This document shows, one piece after another, positions 62,289 through 64,000 of a stretch of 64,000 nt of DNA. Below the pieces are notes generated by a model that saw only the letters and a program-made list of their open reading frames with translations, did not search any database and was not told the origin of the DNA. The first letter of the stretch is position 1. Each line of letters starts with the position of its first letter. The DNA is from a candidate division TA06 bacterium SM23_40 (GTDB taxonomy: Bacteria; LJUI01; SM1-40), in contig LJUI01000001.1 of the NCBI GenBank assembly GCA_001303705.1, forward strand, positions 11,320 through 75,319, written 5' to 3'. The position numbers were made by a program, and so were the translations under genes.

Positions 62289-63632
62289 TCACATCGCTCG
62301 AGGCAGCACTACTTCCACGCAGGTACCCCTGCCCAGCTCGCTGGCAACGGTGAGCGTCCCTCCGTGGGTGCCTACGATCTCCCATGCAATCGCCAGGCCA
62401 AGACCAATCCGGTCGGGTTTCGTCGAGAAGAACGGCATAGTCACGCACGGCACGTCTTCAGCGGGGATTCCCACTCCTTCATCGACCACCTTGATCGAGA
62501 CCGAGTCCGTCGGGACACCATCCTCGCGTGCCATACCCACACTCACTCTGACAGGTCCCCCGTCCGGCATCGCCTCCACGGCGTTCAGGATTACATTCCG
62601 CAACGCCTCGCCGAGTCTGGCTGGATCGCCCAATATCGAAGGGAGTGCCTCATCATAGGACTTGCGCACAACAATCTTGCTGTCTCGACCGCCGAACGAG
62701 CGGTTCCGCTCCAAGGTTCGTATGACATAGTCGAGGAGCCGACAGACGTTGACCTGCTCCAGATGTAACTCCCTTGAGGTGTTTAACGATAGAAAATCCG
62801 AGACGATCTTTCCCAGACGCCTGCTCTCCTCGACGATGATCTCGAGAAGCTCGCGATCGGAGCCAGAAATCCACCCACTGGACGATAAGAGAGAGGAGCT
62901 GCAAGCTGTGATCGCGCCGAGCGGATTGCCGATCTTGTGAGCTGCTTTTCCCGCCAGACGTCCGATAGACTCGAGCACCTGTTTGCGGCTCTCCTGCTCG
63001 TCATGCCTGACTGCTTCGGTGATTTCGTTAGCGATGATCACCATCCCCTCAGCCACACCGTCATGGCCTCTCAGGATACTGCAGGCCAAGTCGAGGAACC
63101 CGGTCTCCCCGCCCGGCATTCGATGAGGACGCGCACGGATGCTGACAGTCGTCTCCCCGGTGAGTGCCGCCTCCACAAGATCGAGGATATCCTCGATGCC
63201 GGCCTCCGGCCAGACGTCCAGAATGTCTCGACCGATAAGCTCGCCGGATGACCTGCCAACGAGCCGCTGTGCAGCCGGGTTAGAGACCAGGATCTTCCTT
63301 GTCGGGTCGAGAGCGATGATCGCAACAGGGGCTTCCCCGATAACCCGCTCCCAGAGAGGCGTGTGGAAGCGGACATCCCGGATATCCAGGGAGGCATCGG
63401 TTGGCCCTGTCCGGCCGAGGAGACGCCCCTCTTCTCCCCGGCCCTGTCTCAGGCCTCCCGACATCCACTCGGGTGGGGTGCCCATCTGTGCTTGATCCAC
63501 TAGCCGGGCTCCTGTTCGACATCGTTTGGTTCGAGCGGGGAACGGCGCAACCAGAATGAGGGAGGAATGTCGAACCGTCGGGTCCACACGACGATCGACC
63601 GGCCAGTCCCCTCTGCCATCCCATGATGGCAT
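62289..63632 (-). CDS. cytoplasmic PAS-domain sensor histidine kinase (NtrB-like partner)
   Basis: PAS APVAIIALDPTRKILVSNPAAQRLVGRSSGELIGRDI. H-box AAHKIGNPLGAI. ATP-lid FFSTKPDRIGLGLAI. The first ~50 codons are Arg-rich and not protein-like, so the likely start is the ATG at 63485 or 63464. Stop is 30 nt before the NtrC start. Confidence 0.85.
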   Translation of the reverse strand: MPSWDGRGDWPVDRRVDPTVRHSSLILVAPFPARTKRCRTGARLVDQAQMGTPPEWMSGGLRQGRGEEGRLLGRTGPTDASLDIRDVRFHTPLWERVIGEAPVAIIALDPTRKILVSNPAAQRLVGRSSGELIGRDILDVWPEAGIEDILDLVEAALTGETTVSIRARPHRMPGGETGFLDLACSILRGHDGVAEGMVIIANEITEAVRHDEQESRKQVLESIGRLAGKAAHKIGNPLGAITACSSSLLSSSGWISGSDRELLEIIVEESRRLGKIVSDFLSLNTSRELHLEQVNVCRLLDYVIRTLERNRSFGGRDSKIVVRKSYDEALPSILGDPARLGEALRNVILNAVEAMPDGGPVRVSVGMAREDGVPTDSVSIKVVDEGVGIPAEDVPCVTMPFFSTKPDRIGLGLAIAWEIVGTHGGTLTVASELGRGTCVEVVLPRAM

Positions 63633-63936
63633 CGCCCCCCAAGCGGCGAGATCTGGCTGGCACCCATAAAGATGGTCAGGGTCGGGACTTGTGTCAAGAG
63701 GCGGTGACCAGATACCTCGTCACGCTTGTGAGCGGTCTCACACACCCTCCGAGAATGCCATGGCGATCGTATCCGGTTATCCCGGTCGTTTCAGATTGGA
63801 ACCTCTCCCCTCAACAGACGCAGACCCTCTCCTGCCACCTGGGCGCTCGCCTCCTACCCCTGGCAGCGCCAGCTGACGTTTCATTCTTGCTCGTCTGTGC
63901 TTGAAAAAGCGGAGGATGCCAAACGTGGGGAGGGTC

Positions 63937-64000
63937 CTATTCGCGGACGACGCTGATCAGCCTGAGGATGTCGTGGTAGGTGATGTAGAAGAATAGCACT
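63937..64000 (-). CDS. 3' end of a gene entering from the right edge (last 20 codons only)
   Basis: Minus frame reads ...VLFFYITYHDILRLISVVRE then TAG at 63937-63939. Hydrophobic tail. Too short to assign. Confidence 0.25.
   Translation of the reverse strand, partial: VLFFYITYHDILRLISVVRE

Noticed and set aside
62260-62448. N-terminal extensions of track ORFs for the NtrC gene (to 62448), the receiver ORF (to 60828) and the Wza-like gene (to 58183)
   Set aside because: The extensions overlap upstream genes or terminator and promoter elements, and are Arg/Gly/Cys-rich. Internal ATGs coincide with domain or signal-peptide starts, and the NtrC start also has a good Shine-Dalgarno sequence.
63633-63936. 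304-nt non-coding stretch upstream of the PAS kinase, examined for sigma54 and sigma70 promoters, small RNAs and hairpins
   Set aside because: Only partial matches were found: TTGACA with no acceptable -10 at 16-18 nt, TGGCAG and TGGCAT with no properly spaced GC, and a 5-bp CTGGC/GCCAG stem. Nothing could be supported.
63916-63996. 26-codon plus-strand ORF (MPNVGRVLFADDADQPEDVVVGDVEE) with GGAGG upstream
   Set aside because: It is too short, the GGAGG abuts the ATG, and it lies antisense to the C-terminal codons of the minus-strand gene entering from the right edge.
1-64000. Search by eye for CRISPR-like direct repeats, tRNA/rRNA, IS elements, integrases, and toxin-antitoxin or known defence-system genes
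   Set aside because: None seen. The only periodic DNA is the tyrosine-codon repeat inside the Wzc tail, and the only duplication is the NtrC-like tandem segment. An exhaustive repeat search would need computation.

Overview
GC-rich bacterial window with no rRNA, tRNA, CRISPR array, transposase or phage genes. Every gene I can support (about 50) lies on the minus strand, often with overlapping stop and start codons. The long plus-strand track ORFs look like antisense shadows. All family calls come from motifs read by eye and no searches were run.

Reading in the direction of transcription (high to low coordinates):

1. **63.6-58.1 kb, sigma54 regulatory node.** It holds a PAS histidine kinase and a canonical NtrC-type activator, followed by a strong intrinsic terminator. 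Next comes a consensus-perfect -24/-12 promoter, then a decayed tandem copy of an NtrC-like gene. Last is an intact NtrC-like paralog whose ATPase motifs are degenerate.
2. **58.0-21.7 kb, a polysaccharide locus of about 36 kb (Wzx/Wzy type).**
   - Export and polymerisation genes: a short Wza-like export protein, a Wzc-type tyrosine autokinase, a barrel/TPR protein, a sensor-like coiled-coil membrane protein, a polymerase-like protein and a flippase.
   - Sugar-assembly genes: about 13 glycosyltransferases, 2 DegT aminotransferases, a CapD dehydratase, a WecA-like priming enzyme and AsnB.
   - Accessory genes: an SGNH hydrolase and a ferredoxin/oxidoreductase/phosphodiesterase cassette.
3. 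**21.6-11.6 kb, a signalling operon.** It encodes a ParA-like ATPase fused to a CBM48-type glycan-binding domain, a multi-TM PAS kinase and a TonB-dependent receptor. These are followed by a periplasmic binding protein, a HAMP kinase, 2 CheY-like receivers and a hybrid kinase.
4. **11.3-0 kb.** Thioredoxin, then an operon with a small membrane protein, a peptidase/beta-propeller/Omp85 fusion protein, a lipoprotein, Trm112, and a PorU-like C25 peptidase followed by PorV (type IX secretion). A secreted protein runs off the left edge.

The T9SS genes suggest an FCB-superphylum-like organism (inference).

Three genes missing from the ORF track were recovered by eye: Trm112-like (5729..5899), a DUF5989-like micro-protein (25035..25214) and the GTG-initiated left-edge gene (1..542).

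The best candidates for something undescribed are:
- the sigma54 gate with its active, decayed and ATPase-dead activator copies;
- the truncated Wza paired with a barrel-TPR protein and a kinase-less sensor;
- the ParA-CBM48 fusion heading the receptor/kinase operon.

None of these can be proven novel from sequence reading alone.
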